DNA of 64,000 bases from the NCBI GenBank assembly GCA_013239625.1, contig MU053588.1:2242508-2306507 (forward strand), given 5' to 3'. A program made the translations under genes and the position numbers. This DNA comes from Lama guanicoe (lineage: Eukaryota). The number at the start of each line of letters is the position of its first letter. Within the stretch, counting starts at the first letter, position 1. The notes beneath the pieces were generated by a model. That model saw nothing but the letters and a program-made list of their open reading frames with translations. It was not told the DNA's origin and searched no databases. Below, one piece after another: positions 11,601 through 32,309 of the stretch.

Positions 11601-14426
11601 GCGTCTGTGAGTCTTATCTCTTGTTAATGCTCCTATCCATCTCCTCCAGTCCTTGTCTCTGGTTTGCGTATTTGTCTCTCTGTCTCTGTTTCTCTCCACT
11701 AGAACTTACACCCATGAGGGTCAGGAATCCTCTCTCCTCTCTCACCTCACACTTTAGCCATCAGCCAATCTTGCTGATTCCTCCTGCTGTTCTGCCCACT
11801 CTGCATCCTGAGTTTGTTCACGGCCCCACCCTGATCCTGTCCTCTCATCCCCCTCCTGGACTAATGTAGGGGCCTCCTTGCCAGTTTCCCTGTTTCTCCC
11901 CTCCACCCCCACCTTCCAGTTTGCTCCTCACATGCAGCCCGAGGGTCCCTGTGACCACCTGAGTCAGACAACCTCCCTCCCCTGCGCAGAATCTTCCTGT
12001 GGCTTTACCACATCCTGTGATAAAAGTCTTCACCCGGGCCCACAAGCCTCCAACAATCTGCCCGGTCCCCTTGCCACCCTCACCCTCTCCCACCTTCCCC
12101 CTCACTCACCCAGCTCCAGCCTCCTGGGCCTCTCGCTATTCCCTGAACAAGCCAGACACATTCCCAGCTCAAGGCCTTTGCACTGGCTATTCCCTCTGCC
12201 TGGAATGCTCTTCCTCCAGATGTCCACATGGCTCCCTCTCTCACCTCAACTCTTTACTCAAATGTCACCTTCTCAGGGAAGTCTTTGCTAACCATCCTAT
12301 TAAAAACAGCACAGCCCACCCTTTCTATCCACCCTACTGGCCCTCTGCTTTTCTCCATAGCACTTAACGCCATTTCACATACTATATGCTACCTTTGTAT
12401 GTAGTTCATTGTTTCTCTACTCAACTTGGACATCAGTCCCACGAGGGCAGGGATTTTGTCTGTTCACTGCTGCATCCCTAGATACCTGGACCAGCACCTG
12501 GCACACAGCAGGGGCTCAGGAAAGAGTGAATGAATGGGCTTTTTTACCCCATCATGCTCTTTCTTTCTGTGTCTCCTTTGTCTCTCTCTTTTCTTTCTTT
12601 GCCTCTTCATCACTTGTCTGTCTCTCATCTCTCTCTCTCTCCATCTCTGTGTCACCTCCCTGAAGCCCAGGTTCTATTCTGTCTTCATCATCAAGCACTT
12701 AGTGACACCCCACACTGGCCCTTGGCACATACAGGTGCTGATGAACACCTGTTGCACTAACGTGGTGAATGCCGGAAGGTCCTTGCCTCTCCCGATGCCT
12801 CTCGGGGGAGCAATCTGCCATTTTCACTCTGAATCTCTGTGATCCTGTCTCAGCCCCTCCCTCGGGATCCCTCCTGTAATTTCTCTGCTTCTGATTCAGC
12901 CATCCCTCACCTTCTGTGTACAGAAGGCAGTGTGACAAAATGGTTATTAACCTGGACTCTGAACACAGACAGCTGAGGCCTGAATCTTAGAGAGCTTGAA
13001 TGACCTGATCACTCAGTCCATATTCATGGAATCCCTTCATGCATTCCACAAATGCAGCGGGGAGACCAGCGCTGGCCAGGTGTCATGGATCTGTCCTGTC
13101 TGTCTCCTGCTGTGTTTGTGAGAATCTCTGCTTCATTGAGTCTCTGTCCCTCCACCTATTGGGGCAGAATGATCTCCCTTTTCCTGTCTCAGTATCTCCC
13201 TGTATCTCTGCCATTCATTTAGCACTGACTACACGACAGCAGTAGGCTGGGAGATGCTGAGGAATCAGTGGTGACCTAAATGCTCCTGGCCCTGCCCATA
13301 CTCCTAGTTCAGACCCATCACCAGATAGTAACAAACCCAAAAGCAGACAGAGGGGTCAGAGCCGGAATCGGGGATCCTTGGGACTTGTGACAGCACCAAG
13401 GAGGTGCCTGTGTGCCCGGCAAGGATTCGGAAAAGGTTTGTTGATGAACAAACTCAGGATGATGCCGCCATCCTTCCAGTCGCTAGGGACTGCAGGCTTT
13501 CATCCTCCCTCGAGGGAGGATGAAAGCCTCTCCTCCTCTCTCACACTTCACATAAGATTTACCAGCAAGTCTTGTTCCAAAATCTACCCAGAACTCACCC
13601 ACATCTCCTCTTCTCACTGCCCTGTCACTGGTCCCACCCACCCATGTCTCCCACCTGGCCCACTTCTCAGTCACTCCTCACTGTCTTTCTGCTCCTGCCC
13701 GTTAGCTCAGCTAAGACCTGACAAGGATGGGGAGACCTCAGGTCTTGGAGGGAGACGATGTCAGAATTGGGACAGGGAGATGGGGAGGATTTCAGAGACA
13801 GGAGGTGGGGAGAGGCATCGAGGCCAGGGAGGGAGACCTCAGGGCTGGGAGACAAGTGAGGGACAAGGGAGACTTCAGCGTCAGGAGAGCATCCAGGGCT
13901 GGGGGAATCTGGGAGAGGACAGGAACAAGGGACACTGCCACCCCTGGGCAGCCGCACTCACCTTGACCCTGAAGGGGCAGCGGGTCTGGTCTACCAGCAT
14001 GATGTTCTCAGGCTTGAGATCGGCGTGGATGATGGCCAGCTCCTTGAGCCGGGCCAGGGCTCTGAGCACCTGCAAGGTGACCGTGCGGATGTGACGGACG
14101 GGGAGGGGTGCGAAGTTGTTCTCCTTCTGGAATTCGAAAAGGTTTTGCTCCAGCAGCTCGAAGACCAGGTAGAACTTGAGGGCGTCGTGGAAGAAATCAA
14201 GGAAGCGGATGATGTGGGCCTCCTCCGGGTCCAGGCCCCTCATGCAGCGCAGCAGCTTCAGCTCGTTCTTGATGATGCGGCTGCGGTAGGCGTCGTTCTT
14301 CAGGATCTTGATGGCCACCATCTCGCCAGTACTTCGCCGCCAGCCCTTGGCCACCTCCCCGAAGGTGCCCTTGCCCAACACCTCAATGATGTCGTAGCAG
14401 TCAGTCTCCGACTGGATGGTGGCCAT
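8634..14426 (-). CDS. HIPK4: Homeodomain-interacting protein kinase 4, 615 aa, 4 exons
   Basis: Join complement 14426-13962, 11498-11142, 10175-9330, 8813-8634 = 1848 nt, all GT-AG. Starts [25 protein letters not shown]; kinase motifs [28 protein letters not shown]; ends FLQHVGGHH*. Confidence 0.97.
11900..12540 (+). mobile_element. L2 3' fragment in HIPK4 intron 1 (representative of many L2 relics)
   Basis: ggcctttgcactggctattccctctgcctggaatgctcttcc...cagcacctggcacacag...gtgaatgaatg terminus. Confidence 0.65.
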
Positions 14427-16850
14427 GGTGCCCCTGTCGCCGGACACTGCCCTGTCAACACCCCTGCCCCACGGGCTCTGCCTCCGGAGCCTCCTGCCCC
14501 GACGCCGGCTCTGAGGCTCCCCCAGTGGCGGAAAGAGAACCGCGCTCGTCCCTTGCCCTGTGAGGTTCACCCCTGCCTCCCTGGCAACCCCCAGACCTCT
14601 GGGCCACACAGCGAGTCTGCCAGGGGCTGCACCCCTCCCCCGAAGCCCTCCTGGCTTGGGATGAGGGGCCCCAGGCCCCCCAGAATGGGTTCCAGTGTTG
14701 CTGAGTGGCTCTGGTTCTGTTGTTGGAGACCCTCGGCCCTCGCTGGAATCGGGGGTGGGGTGGCAAGTAGTGCCCCCTCCCCCATCCAGGGGCGGAACAC
14801 TGGAGAGGCTGGACAGGTGAAGGGGAGGAGAGTCTGATTGTGGACGTAGGGCAGAGAGGAATGGGACATTCCCAAACATGTGGGGAGAGACTGTCTTCCT
14901 GAGCTAGAGGATTTGTGTGTGTGTCTCTGCTCAGAAAACACCTGCCTCTGCCTGTGGCTGCTATGGGGTAGGTCTGACTGATATGGGACCAGGTTGCAAA
15001 AGGTCTTGAATGCCAGGCAAAGGAGCTTGGACTTTGTTCTGAGGGCAGTGGGGAGCCACAAAATGACTTTGAGCAAGGGAGGGCAGGGTCAGATGGGAGT
15101 GTCAAAGCTACTGTGTGAAGAAGAGTGGATTCGAGGAGGCAAGAGTGGAGGCCCAGAGCTTGCAGCAGGCTCAGGTGGGAGAAGTTGGCGGAGGTGGGGG
15201 ACGAGGCAGGTGGACGAGACACTCAGGAGGCCAGGAAGACAGGCCCTGCAACTGGCAGGTATAGGGGAAAAGAGGGAGCCGTGCAGGATAAGGCTCTGGC
15301 CTGGGTAACGATGGGATGGTTTCTTGAGACGTGAATAGGAATGGGGAGCAGTTTGGGGAAGAGGATGTTAGGAAATTTACATTGAAACATTTAAACACAT
15401 GTTGAGGGCTTTAGAAGTCTTATCTGATCCTTACAACATACATCTTAATATTGCCATTTTATAGAAGAGAAAAGAGGCAAAAAAATGTTTAAATGCCTAA
15501 AGTCACCCAGCTGGGTGCCAGAGGCAGGTTTTGACGCTGAGCCGTCTGGCTTTAGAGCCAAGCTCTGAACCACCACCTCACACAACCTCCTAGTATCCAG
15601 GAGACATCAGGGGGTGTGTGCAGAGGCCACTAGATGCCCCTGTGGACCCAGGAGAGAATCTGGGAACTGTCAGCACAGAAATGAGGTCTGGGAGCCATGG
15701 GGAGGGTGACATGACCCAGGGAGGGTGTGGGTGTGGAGGGCCTGGGAGGAGCCCTGAGGGCCCAAAGGGTGTGAGGCGGAGAGAGAAGGAGGGAAGAGAG
15801 AGAAAAGAGAGTTTTGGAAGGAGGAAGGAGCCCTGAGAAGTCAGGACACAGGAGAGAGAAGCCCTGAGAGCTCATCAAGCCCACGGACAGATCAGCGGTG
15901 GTGAGAGGAAAAGCCCAAATGCTGGGAGCCTGGGCAGAGGGTGGACACGAGGAATGTAGGTCACTCCTGCCATGTTTGGTAGGGATAAAGAGGAACATGT
16001 GATGGGGGAGTGACCTAAGGGGGGCCGGCTTGAAGGGAGAAGGTGCTGGAGTAAGTGGGGCGTCTGTGACCACTTAGGGCACAGCACACCCTTTAGAGCG
16101 GGAAGATGGAGATGTGATGAGAGTGGAGGGGAAGCTATCAGGGGCCTCAGAGGAGATGTGGGGCTAGAGAGCTTGTCTAGGGCATCTCAGAGAGACATGG
16201 GGGATGCTGGGGCTTAGATTCTGAGTGGGGATGGGTCCCTGGGGACTGAGGCCCAGCCCCAGTAGGAGCTGCAGACCCTGGGACTTAGTCCCAAAAGGCA
16301 GCCAGGTGTCTGGGGTGGAGGTTCTGACCCCATAATCCTGGAGAGGGGATCAGGAGGAGCCTTCCTGGGTGGGGCTGGGGTGAACCGGGCAGTCCAACCA
16401 GCCAGACAGGAAAGGGATGGGCCAGGATGCAGAAGTGCTCTTGGAGGTGGCGAGGTGGCCAGCAGAGGGCAGGTACGGAGCAATTGTATGCCGCTCTCTT
16501 AGGGCTCCTGGGGTAATCCTGGCAGGAGTGGGTCACCCAGGACAGGCAGAGTCCCGGGCAGAGGGGTCCTACAGCTGTGCTCTGCTGAGGAACTTCCTGG
16601 CTCAGAGGACCCTGCGGGAATCCTGAAGGGCTAGGGCAGTCCCTCCCACCAGGCCCACCCCAGGGCCTCCTTGATTCTCCTCAGACCAGGGGTGGCCTGC
16701 TTCCCTGTGCACAGGATCCCCTCAGGCCAAGTCCCCCCTCCTTAGGAACTCTATCTGCACTCGCTCCCCCCCCGCCCCCTCCACTGTCCCCTGTCCCCCC
16801 AGTAAACACACTCACAGAGGAGACCTGACCCAACGCTACCTCTGGATTAT

Positions 16851-16856
16851 TTTATT
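16851..16856 (-). terminator. PRX polyadenylation signal AATAAA
   Basis: tttatt on + strand, about 175 nt beyond the PRX stop. Confidence 0.8.
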
Positions 16857-17030
16857 CACATGGCTTGGCAAGATACAGGCAGTCCTGCCAACGAGCTGGG
16901 CATGGCCTCCTCGCCCTGCCCTGGTCAGTCGCCCACCTCCCAGCCCTCTGAGGGTTAGTGCTAGTTATCTCACACACAAAACAAGGGGTGGGGGGGAAAC
17001 AGGAGGGGAGCCTCCCTCTGCCCAGGGCTT

Positions 17031-26636
<9,606 letters not shown>

Positions 26637-26860
26637 GGCACTGCTGGGAGTCACCTGGGCCCCAGGCTCCTGCTTCCTCTCTCCCTTCTGCTGCAGGACC
26701 AGCTTCAGTTCTGCATGGAGCAGCTGCCTCTGAGCCTGCAGGGGCAGGGATGGAGGCTTGAGGCCAGGAGAGCATGAGGGGAAAAGGCCAGGCTTCAAGG
26801 GAGAGGTCATGGTGGGTATGAGAAAGGGAGAAGGGCCCCCCATCCCATCTGTCCTCTCAC

Positions 26861-26959
26861 CGCTGCCTGGGCACCAGCAGCCCCTCCTAACTGAAGCCCA
26901 GCCTGGGATGCCGCACAGTCGTCTGTGGGCCTGGCGCCCTTCCTCTGGGGTCTTGCTGC
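26861..26959 (-). other. PRX: PRX upstream exon 3 (99 nt; 5'UTR in the canonical form, open in frame)
   Basis: Acceptor tctctccctggcag| at 26960-26961 and donor GCG|gtgag; reads AARPQRKGARPTDDCAASQAGLQLGGAAGAQAA. Confidence 0.75.
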
Positions 26960-27042
26960 CTGCCAGGGAGAGACCAGGTCGTGAGGCTCCAGGTGGGCCC
27001 GGGAGGGGTAGGGAGGGGCATGTGGCACCAGCCAGTGCTCAC

Positions 27043-27086
27043 CTCAGGGTCACCTCCAGCTCCTTGGGCCTCCTGGGTCCCGGGCT
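27043..27086 (-). other. PRX: PRX upstream exon 2 (44 nt)
   Basis: Acceptor ttattcttcttag| and donor GAG|gtgagc; reads (E)PGTQEAQGAGGDPE in frame with the downstream exons. Confidence 0.75.
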
Positions 27087-27429
27087 CTAAGAAGAATAAT
27101 GTGAGCATTACTGTCAGCTGACCCCGCTGCTGGCTTCCTGAGTGCCTGACCCTTCCTGCACTCTGTCAGTGCTCTATCCCTATAGTGCATATAGGGAAAC
27201 GGAGGCTCAGAAGACCTTTATCCAAGGTGACATGGCTGGACCACAAACCTCATAGCCAGAACTGACTCCTAGGCCTGTCTGACAGCAGAGCCCCAACACC
27301 AACAACCTCGGCTGACCCAGGGGGCCAAATTCACTATGAAATCATTATAATCACTGCCATGTACTCCCTGTGAGCAAAACACCTCACCTCTCGGTGCCTC
27401 AGTTTCCTCATCTATAAAGTGGGGAGGCA

Positions 27430-27592
27430 GAAGAGGGTAGAGCTTAGTGGTAGAAGGCATGTTTAACAAGCATAGTGTCCTGGGTTCAATCCCCAGTACT
27501 TCTACTAACAAACAAACAAAAGAAAACTCGAATGGATGGATGGATGGATGGATGAATGGATGAATGAATGAATGAATGAATGAATGAATGAA

Positions 27593-27631
<39 letters not shown>

Positions 27632-27633
27632 AA
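27430..27633 (+). mobile_element. tRNA-derived SINE copy with compound microsatellite tail, inserted in a MIR
   Basis: A and B boxes, then (ATGG)n(ATGA)n(ATAA)n. Confidence 0.8.
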
Positions 27634-30630
27634 AGGGGAGAATGAGAGCACCCACCTCACTGTGCTGCTGGGAGGGTCAAGTGCATCTGTAAATATAAAG
27701 GGCCGGGCACAGGGCAGGCGCTTCGTAACTGCTTGATATGATTATTACTAAGAACATCCTGTGGTGCTGACCTTGTGTTGAACATCCCACAAAGGTCATG
27801 GCATGTGGTCCTCAGAACACCCTTGTGAGGTCAATACCACAATTGAGCCCATTACAGAGACACCTGAGGCTACAAGAAGGGCAGTCACTTGCCTGGGTCA
27901 CAAATGGCCAAGCCAGGACTTGAACTTGTCTGAAAGCTCCAGCCACTTACATGGATAATCATATCTAATGGGCATTGAGTGGTGACTCTTTGCCAGTCCT
28001 GTGCTAAGACCTTCAATTTCCACCCCAACGCAGAAAACCCTAGCCCCTCAGAGAGGCCAAGAATCTTGCTCAAGGTCACACAGCACAGAGAGAAGGAGGC
28101 AGAGCTGGATTCAGGTTCAGCCTCTCCAACAGGTCCTTCTGGGAGAAAGAGAATGGAGACTGTCTCTCTCCGCTACCTACTTCCTGGTCTCTGGCCTTGT
28201 CCTCCCGGCCCCCACGGGGCATGCCAACCCGCCAACCCCGAGTCCACAGAGAAAGGTCAGGCCTCACGCGGCACATTCCCTCAAACAATGGCCCATCTGC
28301 TGTGCCCAGTCACATTCCGCCGCTGCCCACCCATCCCCAGCTGCACAATGGCCCTTCATAGCCCACCACGGGCCAGGATAGAGGACACAGGGACCCCCTC
28401 AATGCTCCAGCCATACCCACTCCACTAGTTGCCTGCCCCCCACCATTGTCAGAGGGTGCCTCTCTGGCTCTCCTAGAGGTCCTGGTCTTCATGTCCTTCC
28501 CTCGCCTCCTCTATGAGTCCCCAGCCCCTCCAAGTAGGGTTGGCTCCCACATCTGGGTTATTTCCTCTGAACTGGGCCCTATGCTGGCACCATTAAGCCC
28601 CAAAATCACCCTGGATGTGGTGGCTGTTTTAGGGTTGGAAATAGGCTCAGAGAGGGGAGGTGACCTGTCTGGGATTACACAGCTGGGACCCATGCCCTTG
28701 ACCCCAACTTTGCACCTTAACTTGCTTTGGTGGCTTTGAGGACTGCAGGAGCCCCAAACAGCAAAATAGCCAGGGCAGGAGTTGGGCTGGGCAGAAGGTG
28801 CCAGAAACAGGCATTTTTAGAGGGACCTCCTTGGTGCCAACCTGAGGCCAGGCGGCACTTTACAGATGTGGCCTCATAGTACCCCATTTAACTGAAGAGT
28901 AAATGAAGGTTAAGAGTATCACAGTGACCGAGTCAGGACTTGAACCTAGGTCTGAAAAACTGAGTCCCTGGCATAGTGTAGCATCCTGAGCTGGGGGTGA
29001 GAGAAGTCTGGTACTTGTAGGAGGTGGTGGAGGTGCAGGGGAGGATTTCCTGGGCCACAAGCTCCCTGTTCCAGGACAGGCCAGAGACGGTCACACCCAG
29101 AGGCTAGCACAGGAAGTCTAACCCGGGGTGGGGGCAAGAGAGAGTGACCTCCTTCTTCATCCCTGCCCGGGACAGCTGCCCAGCCCAGGTTATATTTAGC
29201 CCAACTGTGCCCTTCCTGAGAGACGTACCCAGCTCCTGGGGTGGAGTCAGGTGGGGTGGGGTGGGGGCAGCTTCGGAAGGAAGCCCCCCGCCCCAAACCC
29301 CGGGAACTCTGTGTTCCCAGCTCTGCCTGTCCCACTAGGCAGGGGAAGGAGGGGTGGGGAGAGGTGCCCAGGGTAGGGGATGGTTCCTGATTTGTTTTAG
29401 AGGAAGATCTAATGGGGCCTCCCTGATGAATCAAGGCCAGGCGGGACCCTCCAGAGCCCAACAGCCTATTTCTTGGCTCTGTCCTGGTATATTCCTGAGC
29501 TTCCAGAATTCTGAAAGTCCCCATTTCTTGAGAACTTACTATGTGCAAAGATCCTTCCCTGTCTTGACTCATTAAACACTTACTACACCTCTCTGGGGAG
29601 GGCACAACTTAGATGCCTGCTAAAGATGTCACTCACACCCTTCAGGATGTCTGCGATGAGGGGTTGTCATTTGTGCCTTGGGCCCTTCAGCAGAGCTCAG
29701 CCTGCCGAGGACTCCCCCAGCTTTGCCTCACTGCACTGTCTTTCCCCATGGCTGGTGCCAACCTCATTTAGGAATTCTCCCCACTCAGAGCCTCAGCCCC
29801 CGAATCACCAGTGATCTGGTGCTCTTAGCGATGGGAGGGGGTGTTGATCTGACTCATCTGGGCCCCTAGACATGATCTGAGGAGGGGGAGGTTTTTGGCA
29901 GTGGCCTCCAGCTGCCTCAGTGAGTCCCTTCTCCAGCACTTCTCAAGTATGAATACTCAGGCAAGATATTTAACTTCTCAGTGTCTCAGTTTCTTCATCT
30001 GTAAAATGGAGCCAACAAGAGTGGCTTTGAGGATTTGAGAGATAACAGCAGGTGTTTAGAATATTTCCAGTATACAGTAAGTGCTCAAGTAATAGGAAAT
30101 AATCTCTGACAGCAAGAGGGGAGGGGGTCTATGCATCTCAAAGTGTCTCATGCCCAGCCTTGCTCACAGTGGCCCCACTTTCTCCTCTACCCAAGAGGAC
30201 CTTTGGGTGAGGGACAAAATCCAGCTCAAGCACCAGCCTCCTACCAACAGGATTAGCGTTGCCTCCCCAGCAGTTTAGTCCACAGATCAAAAAAAGCCTG
30301 TCCCACCGTAGGCATCCTGCCCCAGCTCTCTCCAAGCAGCAACCACTTAGTCTCGCATCAGCCCTGTGAGGTAGCTTCCATCAGCCCATTTTATAGATGG
30401 GAAAGCAAAGGCACAAAGGGTGAAGAATCTTGCCCAAGGCTACATAGTCAGAAAGAGAAGAATGCTGGGATTTGAATCCAGGGTCTGGCTCCAAAGTCTG
30501 TGCCTTTAACTCCTACCCAACTCTGCCTCCTGAGCCCCAGGCAGCCTCCCAGCACCTCCCAGGATCCTGGGTCTCATTTCTGCGGCTTCTCAGCCTGGCC
30601 AGGAAGGGAACTGGCCAGCTGATCTCTTAC

Positions 30631-30690
30631 CACTGGGCCTCCAGACACCTCGAGAGCTCCCCGTCCGTCTGCTCAGCCCCAGCCCCAGGC
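30631..30690 (-). other. PRX: Probable canonical non-coding first exon of PRX (5' end approximate)
   Basis: Strong donor GTG|gtaag at 30631/30630, no ATG in the exon, G-rich promoter-like sequence upstream. Confidence 0.5.
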
Positions 30691-31706
30691 TGGGGGGGAA
30701 AAGGAACGGGGAGGGGGAGGAGGGGGAGACCCCAGCCATTGGCTGCCGAGGCATGACATCACCAGGGAGTGGGTGGTGGGGAAACAAACATCCCCCTCTC
30801 CTAGCTACATCCACTCGCAAGAGGGTGGGAGCCACAGAAGAGAAGCTGAGACAGCCGCTGCTCCTGTGCCTGGGCTGAGACCTCCACCAGGAGCCCCACA
30901 CTCCTGGGATCTGCACATTGCTGGTGCCACTTCGAGACTCACCCCACCAGCACTATCTCCTTGTTTCCAGACCCAGGTGTGGCCCTACTCTTTCCTGGGG
31001 CCCCTAAAATAAACTCCTTCCACTCCTTCTCCCCGTCAGTTTGGGTTCAAATCCCAGCTCAGCCATGTCCTAGCTGTGTGACCTTCGGCAAGTCACAGCA
31101 TCTTTCTGGGTCTGTTTCTTCATTTCTAAAACAGGGAGGATAAAAGTGCACACCTCATGGGTTTGTTGTGAAGATAAAATGAGTTAAGAGGCTAAAATCT
31201 TTAAAAAGCGCCTGGCACAGACTGAATGCTACTCATAACTATTTTGTATTATTCACACAAAGTAGAGAACCAGCTAGACTTGTCAGAGGACTTTTGGCCT
31301 GAGTGGGACTGGGCACAGGGGAGCCCCACTTCTCTGTTTAATGAAGTTGCATTTTGGGGGACACCTATCACATACTAAATACTGTGCTGGGCCCCCAAAG
31401 CTCGGCTCCGGGAATTAAGGATGCAAGAGAGAAAGATTATGCCCAGTTTTTAGCTACACAGACAGAAGGTGGTGGAGCTGGGGTCCAACTCCAGTTCTGT
31501 TGGACCCCAAAGACCCTGCAACACTCTTCTGTCCCCTTGATATAACAGATAAGGAGGCTCAGAGAAGGTAATGACACCCAAGGACATCCATAGCACGTAA
31601 TTGGTAGCACAAGGATTTGAACCCAGACCTGCCCAACTCCCAAACCAAGGCCACCAGGCCTCACCCTGATCCCCTGGCCCCCGACCCCCAGCCTGCCCTG
31701 ACTCAC

Positions 31707-31749
31707 CAGACCCCGGGGGGCGGCACAGGGAGCACAAGTACCCCCACAT
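31707..31749 (-). CDS. PRX: Candidate alternative coding first exon of PRX (MWGYLCSLCRPPGS-G)
   Basis: ATG at 31749 with G at -3, 43 nt to a consensus donor CTG|gtgagt; phase 1 matches the 44-nt exon exactly. Confidence 0.65.
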
Positions 31750-32262
31750 GCCCCTCACACCCACCCGGCTGCTGCCTCGGATGCTCCTGGCTCTCTGAGT
31801 TGGGGCCTGGGGCCGGGGCTGGGATGAGGTCGGGGATTACCTCCAAAATGCACGTCAGCAGCTTCTGCCCCATTGCTTAGCCTGGTGCAGCCACCAGGCC
31901 CTCACCTCAATCCGCACCCTCGCCCCTCACATCAACTCTGCTCGCCCCTCTGTGGCCCCCTCCCCATCCCCCTCCTGAGCATTTGGGGCCTACTCCCAAG
32001 GGCGCAGGGGACCAGGAACTGGTTGGCAGGACCCCAGAATGCTAGGGGACTCCTCCCTTCTCTCTGAAATGCCCCCTGCCCACTCTCAGCCACTGGGGAA
32101 GGCAGGAATGTGCTGAGCTCTGGAAACTGCCTTCCAGGACTGGCAGCCAGCAAGGACTGGGGTGTGGCCGGAACCCAGCCAGAACCCTCCTCCTGGGAGG
32201 GGTGGAAGGGACAGTGTGGTCAGGGTAGCTGATGGGACTGAGGAGACCTTCCCCCTATTGTA

Positions 32263-32264
<2 letters not shown>

Positions 32265-32306
<42 letters not shown>
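32265..32306. repeat. (CT)n microsatellite
   Basis: About 20 perfect CT units. Confidence 0.95.

Positions 32307-32309
<3 letters not shown>

Noticed and set aside
14025..14837. 270-aa plus-strand ORF opposite HIPK4 exon 1, and 37761-38429 opposite SERTAD1
   Set aside because: Antisense shadows of GC-rich coding sequence with no recognisable domain.
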